A stretch of DNA of 64,000 bases from Eledone cirrhosa (GCA_964016885.1 OZ024747.1:89962001-90026000); one strand, 5' to 3'; positions 38,905 through 53,644 are shown, numbered from the stretch's first letter. Translations and numbers: made by a program. The notes: generated by a model from the letters alone, not told the origin.

Positions 38905-39255
38905 ATCATCATCATCATCAGCAGCAGCATTTTACGTCTGCTTTTCCCTGCTTGCAAGGGTGGGATGGGTCCTATTCAGGACAGCATCTCTCCATTCATC
39001 ACAGTCCTTTGTCATCTCCTCCGTGAGCTTCAGCGATCTGAGCTCCGCTCTCACCACCTCTGCCCATGTTTTTCGTGGTCTTTCTCTACTGCATCTTCCT
39101 TCTACTGGGATTTCTTGGCACTTCTTTACCCAGCGGTTATCCTCCATGCGCATCACATGTCCATACCAATGCAGTCTTCTCTCTTGCACACTACAGTTTC
39201 TCTCTCAACTCGTCTATGCTTGGTCATTCACGCACATTGACATTGCGCATCCAAT
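38905..39255 (-). mobile_element. RTE LINE 3' fragment with (TGA)n tail
   Basis: QERRLHWYGHVMRMEDNRWVKKC...VEGRCSRERPRKTWAEVV...DCDEWR. Confidence 0.85.
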
Positions 39256-39279
39256 GTTCATATATATGCATAAACATAA

Positions 39280-39595
39280 CAAAAAAACTGGCAATCTGTC
39301 AGTTATGATGACGAGTGTGCCAGTTGATCTGATTAACAGAGCAGCCTGCTCATCAAATTAACGTGCAAGTGGCTGAGCATTCCACAGACATGAGTACCTG
39401 TAACGTAGTTTTCAGAGAGATACAGCATGACACAGAATACTCGTTTTTGCCAGGTACTCATTTTTGCCAACTGAGTGGACTGGGGCATTATGAAATAAAG
39501 TGTCTTGCTCAAGGACAAAATGTGCCACTGGAAATTGAACTCACGACCTTACGCTTGTTAGCTGAATACCCTAACCACAACACCACGCACCTTCA
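39280..39595 (-). mobile_element. CORE-type tRNA SINE (family B); other copies at 36875-37140 (+), 38620-38890, 48075-48385 and 51790-51980
   Basis: aaattaacgtgcaagtggctgagcattccacagaca...gaaataaagtgtcttgctcaagga...ttgaactcacgacc...ctaaccac. Confidence 0.8.
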
Positions 39596-39669
39596 CATAC
39601 GTAACATATACATACACATAAACATACATGGATAAATTTGTTTCTTGTAAATGTTATTTCCTTGAAACC

Positions 39670-39895
39670 ATAACCCTTTAGCATTCACATTATTTTATAT
39701 TTACTATTGTATTTTCACAGTAAAGGCTTTACCTCACATAAAATCACACATAATATCGAATCTATGAGATTTTGAAAGTATTTATTTTGAAAACAATACC
39801 TTAACATCTGTTTGAGCAACCAGTTGCAGCCAGTTTCAACAGAAACAGGTAGAGATTCTGGCCGGTTTTGACCAGTTTGAACATTAAAGGGTTAA
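39670..39895. mobile_element. piggyBac-type TTAA MITE (further copies at 46178-46400, 50048-50274, 55683-55911, 60508-61016)
   Basis: taaccctttagcatt...taaagggttaa termini and a shared body. Confidence 0.8.
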
Positions 39896-40438
39896 CTAAC
39901 AATTTTAATGAGACAGATACTTTATGATCAGGCAGCAGCTGAAAGTCTGTAGATTCTACTGAAAGCATTGGTATGTATACTCTAATAACATATTGTCCTT
40001 ACATATGTACAATTTTCAAGACAAGAGAAAATCAATTATAACCCGATTTGTTTTAATTTCATTTTTTTTTATATTTTTAAAGTTTATTTTTAATAATATA
40101 ATTTTTCAGGGCATTTGTGCCAAACCTTACCTATGGTCATGAATTTTGGGTAATGACTATATATATCCTTTGTACATGTAGTAAAACTAGTCCATCATTT
40201 GGTATAACTCCACTATCTATCTATCTATCTATCTCGGAGAAGATAGACGTGTTTTTGTTTCGCTCCTGCATTTTGTCGGAATTTATTACGAGAAGCGGTA
40301 GGTTTGTTTAAGTAACTTGTTATTTGTTGTGTTTAACTCCTCGCCTGGGCCTGCAGACGTTGGGTAAAATAAATTTTGCCCCTTTTTATGGCGAAATTTA
40401 ATAGTTATAAGTTGTCGATAAAAAGTCGTTTAGTGACA

Positions 40439-42290
40439 ATGGACGCCATTAATACGACACATGCCACGCCCCCCAAGGAAGGTAATAGAGAGAAGGTAGC
40501 AGCACAACGCTGTAAGCCTTCCCTCCTCACTCCCGGAAAAGACATCACGGAATCAAAAGAAAAAATTGTGGAAATGGGTGAAAACCCCAAAAGTAACAAT
40601 TACACAAACAAGAACAACAATGACAATAACAACACAACCAACAACAGCAACAATGACAATAACAACACAACCAACAACAGCAATAATGACAACACCAAAA
40701 AAGGAAAAAAGCAAGCCAACACGAATAACAACAACAACAATGATAACAACACGAAAGAAAACGGACCCACAGCTGCACTCTCCTTCGCACAGGCGGTCCG
40801 AGAATCCAGACATACAAGGCACTGGACATCTCGAATGCCAAGAAATTGCTGAAAGAAGCAAGGAATTGTGTAATTTTCAGGGAATGTGGGGAATTCACAA
40901 TTACCTCCTGAAGAAATTAGAAGGGACACAGTCCTCAGGACCGTAATCTTTAGTACAGTTTCAAACACGACTAGGAAACCGGCTCAATTGTCCCAAAGCG
41001 AAATTGAGCTGGTCCTAAGTAGTTCCTGGAAGGACATCACTTTCATACAGAAAGGGAAACTGTATGGAAGCATATCTGTTTTAATGCAAGATGAATTGGC
41101 GGCACGGAAATATTCTATGTCGCCAATTGTATCCAAAGCATACACATTTTTCCCCACATATTTGGGGAAAAGAACTCAAAAGATAAGAATCTAGGGCATC
41201 AAGGCCAAATGCGAGCATTTGGTGGGTGCTCACGGGATTCTGAGAAGATGAGGACACAATCCTTTCGATAGGCGAATCCACCGGGGGCGTATTCGGCGGC
41301 AATAGCCTTGAAGTTCTGGTCCAAATGAGACCAGAACGGATAGCAAGAATACCGCAGCGTGTGTTCCTGGATGGAGTCGCCTTCATAAACATTTCTGTTG
41401 AGGGCAGGCGTCCTTCATGCTACCACTGTTCAAGAAGTGGTCACCTGAGGGCTTCCTGTCCCCTTTTAAATGCCCCCCCAAAAAGACGCTTCTGCCCACC
41501 CCACACACAACAACACAACCACCACCACGACCACAACAACAACAACAACAACAACAACCACAACAACACGAAAAAATAACAACACAAGATACTGTCCTAC
41601 CCAACCCCTCCCCATCTAAAATAAATACAAAAGCAACCACAACAAAACCCCAAAATATACCCCTCCCCAACAACACGGACAAGGACCCCTTATCAACGTC
41701 ACCCAGTGATGACGAGGGAGAACCCTTTCAACCTGTAGAAAGAAATAAAAGAAGGCACCACATTAACAAAAATGCAACAAACACACAACCACCAGCACAA
41801 ACATCACAAACATCACAAACAAAAAAACCCACCCCTCCCGAAAACATAACACATACTACAAAACGCAAACACACAAGAACAAGAAACAAAAACAAACAGA
41901 ACACAACAAAAACAGCATACATACATCAACACAAACAACAAAACACTTGTGCAAACAATAAACAAAGACCCTTCGGTGGAAACCGAAGGGAAAATGTTCA
42001 CCAACGCGGTGACTAAACCGCATTTAAAAATGATTAGGGTCCCAAGGGACACCTACGCAATGCTCAAACAGAACTTTCCCGAGGACGAGGGGGAACCCCT
42101 GTACTAGACCCAACAACCGCGTCCTCTTGAAATGTTTCCTCACCACCACCCCAGACACCCCACCCCCACCAAACACCCCCACCCACCACACAGTGATGTC
42201 CCCACCACATCCCAAACCACCACCCCACCAAACAACCCCATGGAAATTGTGCAGCCTGGTCCCCAGGAGAAGGACAGGTAGGTTTCTTTT
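40439..42290 (+). pseudogene. Tx1 ORF1 (gag-like), frameshifted
   Basis: SFAQAV motif, VEGRRPSCYHCSRSGHLRASCP CCHC zinc knuckle, low-complexity N/T/Q/P linkers. Confidence 0.8.
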
Positions 42291-42324
42291 CCTTTTTCTC
42301 CACTCTAAACTCTTCACCACCAAC

Positions 42325-45045
42325 ATGGCTGTTATAAGAGTTGGATGTTTAAATATGCGCGGCTTGGTGATGTCCTGGAAGCAGGGCAAACTCTTAAATG
42401 ACCTCAGATCGCACTAATGGATGTGATAGCTATTTGCGAGTCCAGAATCAGCAGCGAGCACCAACTGGCCCCCATCTTCGACGACTTTGAGATCTATGCA
42501 TCTCTCTGTCAGCTGGGAGGTGGGGGCGGGGTGGTCGTTCTACTATGAAAACACCTGGGCCTCGCAACACGAAAGGTACACCTGGACCCGGAGGGTCGAC
42601 TGGTGGTTCTAGACGTAAGCAGTAGTGAAGATGAAGCCTTCAGCTGGTGGCAGTGTATGCCCCATCTGGGATACCGCGACCGGACTTCTTCCAACGCCTA
42701 GAGACTTTTCTGGGAGCGTCTCGCTCCTTGCTTTTAGTGGGGGACAGGAATGGTATCCTGGATGCACGTTGGGACTATGTAGAGGCATGTCCCGATAGAG
42801 GGGGGGGGGGTGTAACAGCCTCAAACGGTTAATCGGCCGATTTGATCTGGCCGATAGATATCGACTAGATTTTCCGACTGTGCCACTGTGGACGTGGACT
42901 AATCGTAGCGGAACATCTAAGTCATACCTAGATAGGTTCCTAGTTAGAAGGATAGGGACATATTAAACTGTCCCCGAATGTTCATGGTTGACTATTCGGA
43001 TCACAAGTTGGTGACCGGAGTGGTCAACCTTGATAGAACCCATAGACAAGGACCCAGTTACTGGAAGCTAAACTTGTCCTAACCGACAAACAAAGCTTAC
43101 AGTAAGCGGATTAGCACTCTAGTTAAGCAGCGGTTGATGGGGGCAATTGTCAACAGCAGGTGGTGGGGCTCTCTCAAGAGAGAAATTAGAATAGAATCGA
43201 TAGGTTTTAGTCAGGAATTAGTATCAGATAGGAATAGAACTGAAAGGGAATTGATAGATAGAGTAGAAGAGGTGATTAGGAGTGGCAACGTGGCCGGCGT
43301 GCTGGCATCAAGAACGGCCCTACACCAGTTCTTTGACGGGAAGCACGAGGGGTGTGTTGTCAGGAGTAAAATACGTGCTCTAGATAACGAGGGAGCCAAA
43401 GCTGTTAGCTGGGCCTGAGTGACAGGGCAAAAAGTGGAAACAAGTCCACGATTCGGTCTTTGAAGGACCAGGATGGATCCTTGAACCTGAGCGGATGTGC
43501 GAGGCCTTTCAACGGCGCTTTGCACGACTGTTCGGGAGGGGCGGCGGGCCGGGTGAGACCCTGGATTTCAGTCCATACCTCAGCGGTCTGCCGTGGCTCT
43601 CGGACGGGGAGGCGAAGTCCTGGAAAGGCCGATTTCAGCCGCTGAAATAGGGGAAGCGCTGAGCCAATGCAGCAAACGCAAATCTCCCGGTCTCGATGGT
43701 CTACCATACAAACTTTATGTAGCAATGCCGGACTTGTTCTCCGATCTCCTCGAGGTGGTCTACTGCAACTGGCAACAGAATGGGAGAATTCCTAGTTCTG
43801 TGACCAAGGGCGTAGTCACGCTGGTGAGGAAGGACGAGAACAAGGGGGATGACATAGATAACTTCAGGCCCATAACTCTGCTAAACACAGAGTTAAAGAT
43901 CTGGTGTTAGCGAAGAGGTTGGCGCTTGTCGTCGGGAACCTGGTAGGAGAAGCGCAGTCATGCGCAATCCCATCCAGGTCCATACATGACAACCTCCACC
44001 TCATGCGATACATTGTAGAGAGGGTAGAGAACGAACCGGCTTTGGTGGGGCCCTGATCAACTTGGATCAATCAAAGGCGTTCGATAGGGTCGACCATCGG
44101 TACCTGGATGCGGTGCTCGCAGCGGCAAGCTTCGGACCCATTTTCAGGGGCTGGATTGCTGCAATGCACAGCAGCAACACCTGCTCGAGGTTCAAGGTGA
44201 ACGTCTACCTCTCGGAACCGTTCCAAAAGGCGCGTTCCATCCGACAGGGATGTCCTCTCTCCTCCATTCTGTATGTGCTGGCTCTCGAGCCACTACTGCG
44301 GAAGTTGGAGCTGTTGCAGGGAATCCCCTTGGAACCGAGAAAAGTGGGCGACTGGCACATTGAATGTGCCCAGGCGCTCACGGCCCTCTGGCAAGCGGAT
44401 CCGGAAATCAATGGAGACTCAACCTCAACATTCTATAGAGGGTTGGTGTGCAGCAAGTGCGATGACGCTCTCGGAGAGGCTCTGGGCATGGAGGAAGACG
44501 AGCTAGCCAGTCTGTTCGGTAGGACGTTTGGCTCAGGACCGATGGACAACTTCCAAAAGTCCCTGGCTTGGCAGTGCTACCGAGGAGCTCTACCCATTCG
44601 GGACAAGCTCTACCCCTCGAAGAAGATCTGTCCGAGATGCGTGCGTGATGAGGAAACAGTCGGGCACACATTCAAACACTGCCCAGGCGTTACTTACCTG
44701 TGGGGCTATGTGGAACGACTACTATCGCGGGTGGGACCAATCCGGTTGACCACCGAGTACATTGTCACGATCAAACTGCCTCCCCCCTTCAACAATGAAG
44801 CAGAGGCGGTTTTCCTCTGTGTGATAGCTATGGCGAAAGAGGTTGTATGGTGGACGAGGTTGAAAGGGCTGAGGTCAGACATTTTTCTCTCCGGCCAACA
44901 ACTAGTTTTTTTTTCAAGTACCATTTTAGAAGAAGGATCAGAATGGAGAGAGAGGTGCTCTACCCCAGCAAGTTTTATGGAAGGTGGGTGAAAGTGGCAA
45001 GAATGGCCTGAGTGAATGGGCCTTCTCTCTATATCAGCCTGTAGG
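42325..45045 (+). pseudogene. Tx1 ORF2 (APE endonuclease - reverse transcriptase - zinc finger), disrupted and internally deleted
   Basis: MAVIRVGCLNMRGL, VYAP, LLLVGD, SYLDR, SDH, YWKLN; KSPGLDGLP, NFRPITLLN, DQSKAFDRVDH, SIRQGCPLS. A deletion at ~44340 removes the YADD motif; then CPRC...ETVGH...C. Confidence 0.9.
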
Positions 45046-45397
45046 TGAGAGAGGAGAAGAAGGAGGAGAGGAAGGGAGCACCCGCTCTTTGTGCTCCTGA
45101 GGAGGAGGGTTGCACATTTTTTTCGGGGGTGTATGTGACCCATGATCCCTATTGAGGACTTCGATTGTTGAATTTGATTTGTTATGTTTTTACACGTCCT
45201 TTGAAATGTATGTAAACTCCCCCCCACCCCACCCTTGTATTTGTCCCAATCTTTGATCCCTGGTGGCAAATAAATAGAAAGTTATCTATCTAGCTATCTA
45301 TCTATCTATCCCTTGTACATGTAATAAAACTAATCCATCATTTGGTATAACTCTACTATCTATCTAGCTATCTAGCTATCTAGCTATCTAGCTATCA

Positions 45398-45435
<38 letters not shown>

Positions 45436-45436
45436 A

Positions 45437-45623
45437 AGTGAATGGGTTGCACATTTTTTTCGGGGGTATGTGTTACCCATATAAACTGTCTCCCTCTATT
45501 GGGGAAAATCGACTAACTTTTAAATTCCATCTGTGATAACATTTTACACGTTTTTATTGTATGTAAACTTCCCCCTTTGTATTTGTCCCCTTCTTTTGTG
45601 CCCCTGTGGCTAATAAAGAAATA

Positions 45624-45678
<55 letters not shown>

Positions 45679-45977
45679 AAGTGAATGGGCCTTCTCTGTA
45701 TATAAACCTGTAGAAAACGGTTGAGGAAGATAAACAGAGGGAAGACAGGAACACTTACAAAATGTGTTTCTGGTGTTGAGGGTTGTTCTATCCACGGGGT
45801 GTAAAACAACCCTGCAGTAACGTTCCCCCCTATTGGAGATTTCAATTGTTATTTTATTATATATAGTTTATTGTTATTTATTAATGTTAAAGTTATATGA
45901 TTTTTATGTAAAACCCCTGCCGTCATGTCTTGTAATGTCCCATTTTTGTACGCCCCTGTGGCAAATAAAGAAAGATA
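45437..45977 (+). mobile_element. Two additional stacked 3' ends of related Tx1 elements
   Basis: Both start aagtgaatggg and end cccctgtggc.aataaagaaa, separated by (TCTA)n. Confidence 0.8.
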
Positions 45978-46659
45978 TCTATCTATCCCTTGTTCGTGTA
46001 GTAGAACTAATCCAACATTTGGTTTAACTCCACTATACATATATTCTTTGTATACTTTTAGCAGAGTTCACTTTATTTCAAGCATTCCGAAGAAATATCT
46101 GGATATCTGAGGATATTTTGCTATGTTGATATGCTTCTTCTTACTAATGTAAAGCATTGAACCATGGTTTCTTCCTTTTAACCCTTTAACATTTACATTA
46201 CTCTATATTTACGATTGCATTTTCACAGTAAACACTTTATTTCACATAATTATCTCACATAATATTGAATCTATGAGATTTTGATATTATTTATTTTGAG
46301 AACAATACCTTAACATATTTATGAGCGACTGTTTACAGCCAGTTTGAACAGAGAGAGGTGAGGGAGGGAATTCAGGCTGGTTTAAATGCTAAAGAGTTAA
46401 ACCAGTGGCAAAAGCTCTCCAAAAATCATAATCATAGGTCATTCCTCCTTTCACTAAGTTAGGAAAACATTACTTGAGCATGAAATAAATTTCAAAATTT
46501 TTCTAGCACCAGCATTAGAAATATTCTTTATTCTTTATTTAGTCTAAGATAGTTGCTAAAGATTATAAACAATGTGTTTCTTCTTGGACATGGAAAAACA
46601 ATGTTTGTTGTTATTCATTTTCAAATTTTGTTTTTCTTCTTTCTTCTTTCTCATCCAAT

Positions 46660-46855
46660 CCTCATATCTGAGGATTGGAAGTCATGGACTTATGGACCAG
46701 CACTCTCCATCTTTTCCTGTCCCTTGCCATTGCCGTACATTCTGCCAAACTTCTTCCTTCCATTCCTTAATATCATCTGTCCATCTCTTTTCCTGCCACC
46801 CCTGGGTCTTTTCCCCTGTATTCGTCCCTCAAGGATGTTCATAGATAGCCATGTA
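46660..46855 (-). mobile_element. RTE (BovB-like) LINE 3' fragment
   Basis: ILEGRIQGKRPRG...WTDDIKEW...DRKRWRVLVH, with frameshifts. Confidence 0.7.
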
Positions 46856-49800
46856 ACCATTTTTAAACAACTTGAAAAATAAAAAAGAATTTTTTTGTCA
46901 GTTAAATACTTACAAACGGATATCTATGAATTTATTATTTCATTGTTGATAGTCAAAATAGAGAAAAAGGATCTTATGATTTAAATAACAATTTGTTGCT
47001 ATAATGATAAGATAGGTTTGAAGAATCTTTACAGAAGTGCTGGTTTCATTCTCTCTTAAACAGAATTTTCTATGAAACAATATTGACTTTTGACAGAACC
47101 TTTGCTAAGTTATTGATAGAGTTATTGATAGAGAATAATTCGTTCATGACTTTTCCATAGAAACTTTGAAATTCTGAAATGCCAGCCTTAAAATGAGACA
47201 ATAATTCCATAAGGTTAAGTTAAATGTCAATTATTAGTAAGAGCATTGGTGATGAAAACTCAGATGAAGGTAGCCTCTGTTATGGATATATCCTTGACAA
47301 CACTTATTCTAGTGGAATCTGGAACTTCAGACATTTGCAAAAAAAAAAAGGGTTATTGTATTGGTTTAATATTTGTCTGCTTAATTGGACTTATATTGAG
47401 AAAGTGAGTAATAATAATTATTGTCAAAGTTAAACAAACATTCTGTGTTCTGATTAGAGCTTACTTTATCTGCAACCTGAGCTATGACACTCCAGAGAAA
47501 TTGTTTTGTTAATCAATTGAAGTGTGCAGTATATCAGGAAAGGAAGCATAATATTTGATTTAAATTAATATTGATAGATGATAGGTAAATACACTTAACT
47601 CTATGGCTATATTCTATTATGTCTATTTATACCCAAATGTGTCTAGTATACTGTGGCAATAAGAGTGAAGTAATATCTTTGGAGAAATAGGTAATAAATT
47701 TAGTGAAAATTATCTTCAAATTATCATCAATCATTTGAATACGTTTTGGGAAAAGAACACCTTTAAACAACAAATATACCACATAGATTATCCTCTTCCA
47801 TAGTGTATTACTGTTTATCACCTAGTTGTTGTTGTTGTTGTTCAGCCTGGGACAAGCTTGATTGAGTAGATCAATGAGTAAAGTAGTGACAATTCCATCA
47901 ATTTAGGGGTAAATCTAGGAATCCATTATGCAATATGACCATTTCCTTATTTAAGATAGCAGTGTGTTAATTGAGGGAGATTTGGCTGCTATTTCTAGCA
48001 AATGACCATACCAAATGTAGAGTCTCCCATTGACTGAACAGAGTTTATAGTTAGTTCTTACTTCCAGTAAAAAAAAAACTGGCACTTCGTCAGTTACAAC
48101 GAGTGTTCCAGTTGATATAATTAACAGAACAGCCTGCTCGTAAAATTAACGTGAAAGTGGCTGAGCATTCCACAGACATGCGTACCATTAATGTAGTTCT
48201 CAGGGAGATTCAGCATAACACACAACGTAACAAGGCTGGCCCTCATAACTACAGGTACAACTCATTTTTGTCAGCTAAGTGTACTGGAGCAACGTAAAAT
48301 AATCTGTCTTGCTCAAAGACATAAGACGCCATCAAGAATTGAACTCACGACCTTACGATCATGAGCCAAATACACTAATCATTATGTTGTCATATATCAT
48401 CACTAATGGTGGTAATATAGGACAATATTGAATTGTATTCCACTATGGAATTATAAAGAGCTCCTACAGGTTTGATTGAATTCAAAGCCTGATGTAGTTA
48501 AAATTATTTTTCATCAGTTTAATGATGAACCAACAAGAAAGGCCTCTATATGGTTGTTCGACCTGCTAGACAATACATCTAACTGTCCTTCAAATTCCAC
48601 TTTACCATCTTAAATAAGGAAATGACACTTTAGATAATGTAGTTCTATTTATCCTTAAAAAGAATGTATGGTCATTGTTGGAATGTATTTAACCATAGGT
48701 TGGGTTGACCAGGCTTGAACATGGGTAAAACCACAATTTAATAAAAGTTTGATTGGTTATATTCTGGAACAAGTTAATGTGGTGCGATAAATAAATATAT
48801 ATATATATATACCAGGTCCAAACACAATGGAACCAAACTCCCACTGTCTCTGTCTCCGTCTCTCTCGTTCTCCCCATCTCTCACTATTATGAGCAAATGG
48901 GGGGGGGGGGGGCACGCACTGACTGTCCAGCAGCTCTGGTGGACAGAATAGAGAAGGTGTTTTCTCGGAGGATGGTGAGGGAGACGCCAATTCTGAGGCA
49001 AGTTTAATCATTTATATATTTCTACAAAAGAACAATTAAACTTAGAGAAAATAAATTGATATTGAATGAGATAATGATAGAATTCAACGTTTAATTCTGT
49101 TTATTATTAATTTACTTGGGTTTGTGTTTAGTTTTCTTCTTCATGCAAAATATATATTATAGAAAGATTATATTTATTTGAAACAAAGCTCATGGCAACA
49201 AAATTTGATTTAATATTTCATATTGTATTACATTAAGATAATTTTGATGTCTGATCACATAACTTCTTTGTGACATTGGATTCAATTTCTAAATAATAGT
49301 TTCTCATTTAGGCACAAGGTCAGCAATTTCAAAGGAGAGAAAAATCGATTTGTTCATCGTGCAATTCCAAGATATATGCATGCATGTGTGATTAAAAAGT
49401 TTATTTTGCAGTCATTTAGTTCAATCCGACTCCATGCACATCAGATGTAGCAAGTGTTTTCTACTGTAGCCTTCAGTTGACCAATACTTTGCAAATGAAA
49501 TTTGGTAGATATGAGTGTTTCTAGGACTACATTACTTAGTGAGCATCATTTTTTAAGACAGTAGTACTGATATTAGGGAGCATTTGCCATTATTTCTAGC
49601 AGATCAAAGGCTGTGGGTTGGCAGTATTGATAGAGTTTCAGACAAAATGCTTTATGGCATATAGTTATGACCCTTTATGTTCTGAGTTCAAATCCCACTA
49701 AGGTTAACTTTGTCTTTCATCCTTACAAGGTTGATAAAATAAAGTACAATTAATGTACTGGGGTCAACTTTCTTCTCCCCTCATTAAATTGTTGGCCTTG

Positions 49801-52800
49801 TGCCTAAATCAGAAATCATTCTTTCTAACAGATCAAATCATTGTGTAAAGGCTTCTTCATTGATTCACCATCAGAGTAGATTTGTATCTACCAATTTAGC
49901 ATTATAAATTCTTCTAGCAGCCATCATGTTAGTGAAGTATTTACCATAAATTCTACAAATATTCCAATACTGAGGGGATTATTATATACGGCCACTTGCT
50001 TGAGGTTAACCCTAAAAGTACTGGAAAGCAGTAACTTAGTTATTATTTTAACCCTTTAGCATTTACATTACTCTATATTTACAATTATATTTTAACGATA
50101 AAAGCTTTACCTCACATAATTATCTCACATAATATCGAATCTATGAAATTTTTATATTTTATTTTGAGATCAATACCTTAACATAAGTATAAATGGCTAG
50201 TTACAGCCAGTTTGAACAGAAAGAGATGAGAGAATTCTGGCTGGATTTGGTTGGTTTAAATGCTAAAGGGTTAAATGGATAACAACTTAACTACTGAGCT
50301 AAATGAGAAGTATTTTAGTATCTATAAAATATAAAGACCTCTGGAACAATGGCCGGTATTTCAAAATTATAGTAAATAATGAAAATAATATGTTTGTTGA
50401 TAAGCTGCAATTTGTTGTTTACTTATAACGAGCTTTTGAAGAATTGAGAAATTATTCGATTACCATCAGTTGAATAAGGCTTTTTGTGTTCATTATGATA
50501 ACAACGGGCTTGTTATTTTGATAAAAGCAGTTCTTTCTACACGTGGAAAGTATAAAGAGAAATTCTACAAAAACATCATTCAGATTCTTTGATGTGATTT
50601 TATAAAAGATTTTGTATTAGAAATAATAGATTCGGTGATAAATGATATGTTGGAATCTTTGAAAAACAATGCTGATACATTTGAGAAAGGAAACTATAAC
50701 TAGAATAAGGTAAATAAGATATTAAAACAAAATAAAGAGAGGAATTGAAGCAAAATATGAATGAAATATATATTTTTTAAATATACAGAAATTGAATTAT
50801 GCTGGATTAAATAAATGTTTTATCAGATTTAAGAGATTATAGAACAAAGGTAAAAATTCATATAAAGAAAAGTGCTTAATCAAGTTGTCTTTGAAATTAT
50901 GTAGAAGAATCTGTGAAGAAACAAATTGTCCTTTATCTGTAGAACAAACTTTAAATCCCAGAAGTTAACTAACACTAAATTACAATAGAAAAATTGAAAT
51001 TCAGTCATGTAAAAACAGGGAAAATTTATTTTTCTTTCTTCATTGTATCATAAGTTAAACTTTTTGCTTTAGAATCCTGTATATTCATTGATATTAATAC
51101 ATTTTCCTCGTATTATTTCTGATTTGAAGGACAAGAGATTGTCAGTATTGGTAGAGTATAGGATAATATGTTTTGTGGTATATAGTTACATCCCTTTATG
51201 CTCTGAGTTCAAATCTCTTCGAGGTTAGCTTACAGGGTCAATAAAATAAAGTACCAGTCATGCACTAGGGTGGATTTAATTGACATTCCCCTCCCCACAC
51301 ATTGTTAGCCTTGTGCCTAAATCAGAAATCATTATTTCTGATTGTGCATCATGCAGAATATCTGACAAGTGAAATTTCTCTATTTTGTCATATTTGATAA
51401 ACCATCTCATGCATGACCTCAGTCTGTTGGCTGGAACACGGAATAGAGAAATAGAGTTATACTTTTATTAGTCAATGTGAAATTCAACACAGAACAATAT
51501 TCCAGAGTCATTAGAGCATCAGATTAAATGATTCAGTATTTGTTCCAGATTTTTGCCTTCTGAGTTGAGTTCAAATCTTGCTAAGGTCAACTTTTGCCTT
51601 TCATCTTTTCGAGATCAATAAATAAAGTATCAGTCAATGTGTGGTGGATTAGAAGAACTCTTAGAGAGTCTGATAGAATGCCTTGTCTTCTGAGTTCAAA
51701 TTCTACTCCCTGTTATCAGAAAAGGGCAGATGTTTTAGCTATAAGTTGTGACAGGCAGATAATGTCAGTTTATGGTGCGAAGTGACTGAGAATACAAGAC
51801 TCTCCATCACAGGGTTAAACACCCAGCTTATGCTGGTACTCATTTTCAGCTGAGTATACTGGAGCAACGTGAAATGAAGTGTTTTGTTCAAGAAAACAAC
51901 ATGCAACCCAGCCCAGGAATGAAACCCACAACATTATGATCGTAAGTCCAACACACTTACCACTAGGCCACATGCCTCCACAAAGATAATGTCAGCAATG
52001 GAAAAACCAATGGTAATATAGTCTACTTGGTCTGATTTAATGATCAGTTTAATTCCTAATGGTTGGGTCTAACTGTGTGAAGCAGCAACCAGTACAATAA
52101 ATGCTTAAACCAATTAAGAAACTATAAGCTTAATAGTTATATTAAGCAAAACATACATCTACAGGTGAAATGTTTCAAAGAAATATTCTCAGACTAAAAA
52201 CTCATCTTTATATTTCTAACAAAACAGTTATATTTTTTTTTCTTTTCTATTAATATTAATTATATCAATTAAGCAAAGAAGCATTCTGTATCTGGATCAA
52301 TATTTTAAAATAAGCTCTTTCTGTCAAAAAAGATAACAACAAAATAGTTTCCATTGGAATCTAACTTAAAATAATTCTCATCATTGACTTTCTTGCTCTA
52401 GGTGATATACAACAAATCAATAATCTGTTCTATCAATATAGGAAGATCGGCTTGGCTGGTTTTTATTTCTTCAAGATAAATACAAGTGAAAATTTCATTT
52501 CAACTTTGTTTAAAGTTTTCTTTTACTCTTTCTGACTTATTTTATTTTTCATGAATAAAAGGTCAAATTATGATTGTTTTCTCTTTTTCAAAGCAGAAAA
52601 ATATAACATTGGTTGTAGTTATCTTGCAGAGGAAGTATTTGGCACAAATAATATATACATGAACTAAATCGTTGTTATAGCAGCAATTTCCTTCACTGTG
52701 TAAAATATTGTCATTAAAGAAATATTGGTTTCTGATTTAGGCACAAGACCAATAATTTTTTGGGGCGGAGAAAGTCGATTAAATCTACCCCAGTGCATTA

Positions 52801-53539
52801 CTGGTACTTTATTTTATCGACCTCGTAAGGACGAAAGGCAAAGCTAACCTCGGGATTTAAACTCATAACATAAAGGGCTGTAACTTTATATCACGAAGTA
52901 GGGTGTCTGACGCTCTACCGATACTGTCAATCTGATAATAATAATTGTTTCTACTATAGGCACAACCTCGTAAGGATGAAAGGCAAAACTAAACTAAAGG
53001 ATTTGAACTTAGATCGTAAAGGGACATAACCTTATGCCATAAAGCATGCCATTTCTAAAATGTGATGTAAGTTAAATAGACGTAAATACTGAAATTTGAC
53101 TGCAGATATGGTACTTTAGAAACATTCCTACCTCTCTTACAATGTACACTATGTCCAGAAATGAAGTTCACATAACAATATATCCCTTTCCAAAATAATT
53201 TCTTTAAAACATTTCTGACATAATATCTATCAATATAAACCTTCTTAACTCTAGAGAACGTTCTTGGTGTTGGTGTATTGACCTTATCTACAAGTCCTTA
53301 GATATTGATTCAATATACAGTTGCTAGAATCTAAATATTGGCTTGGCACAATTTAATGATACCCTATTAATCTGCTAGGATGCCACAATATAAAGATACA
53401 TCACCTTGAGCCAGTATATCAATTCTCCATTTTGATCAATTATCCCCTATACACTTTCTCACTTACACATATTTTGTGTCTCTTTCTTTTTTTTTCTCTT
53501 CATCTTTCTCTTTTTTCTCTTCCTCTTTCTCTCTCTCTC

Positions 53540-53612
53540 TCTATCTATCTATCTGTTCCTATCTAACTATCCCTATCTCTCTATCTATGTATCTATCTAT
53601 CTATTTATCTAT

Positions 53613-53644
<32 letters not shown>

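Larger units (their letters stand above)
40234..45283 (+). mobile_element. Near full-length degenerate Tx1/L1-group non-LTR retrotransposon
   Basis: Two-ORF layout, AATAAA near the 3' end, and (TCTA)n on both sides. Confidence 0.9.
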
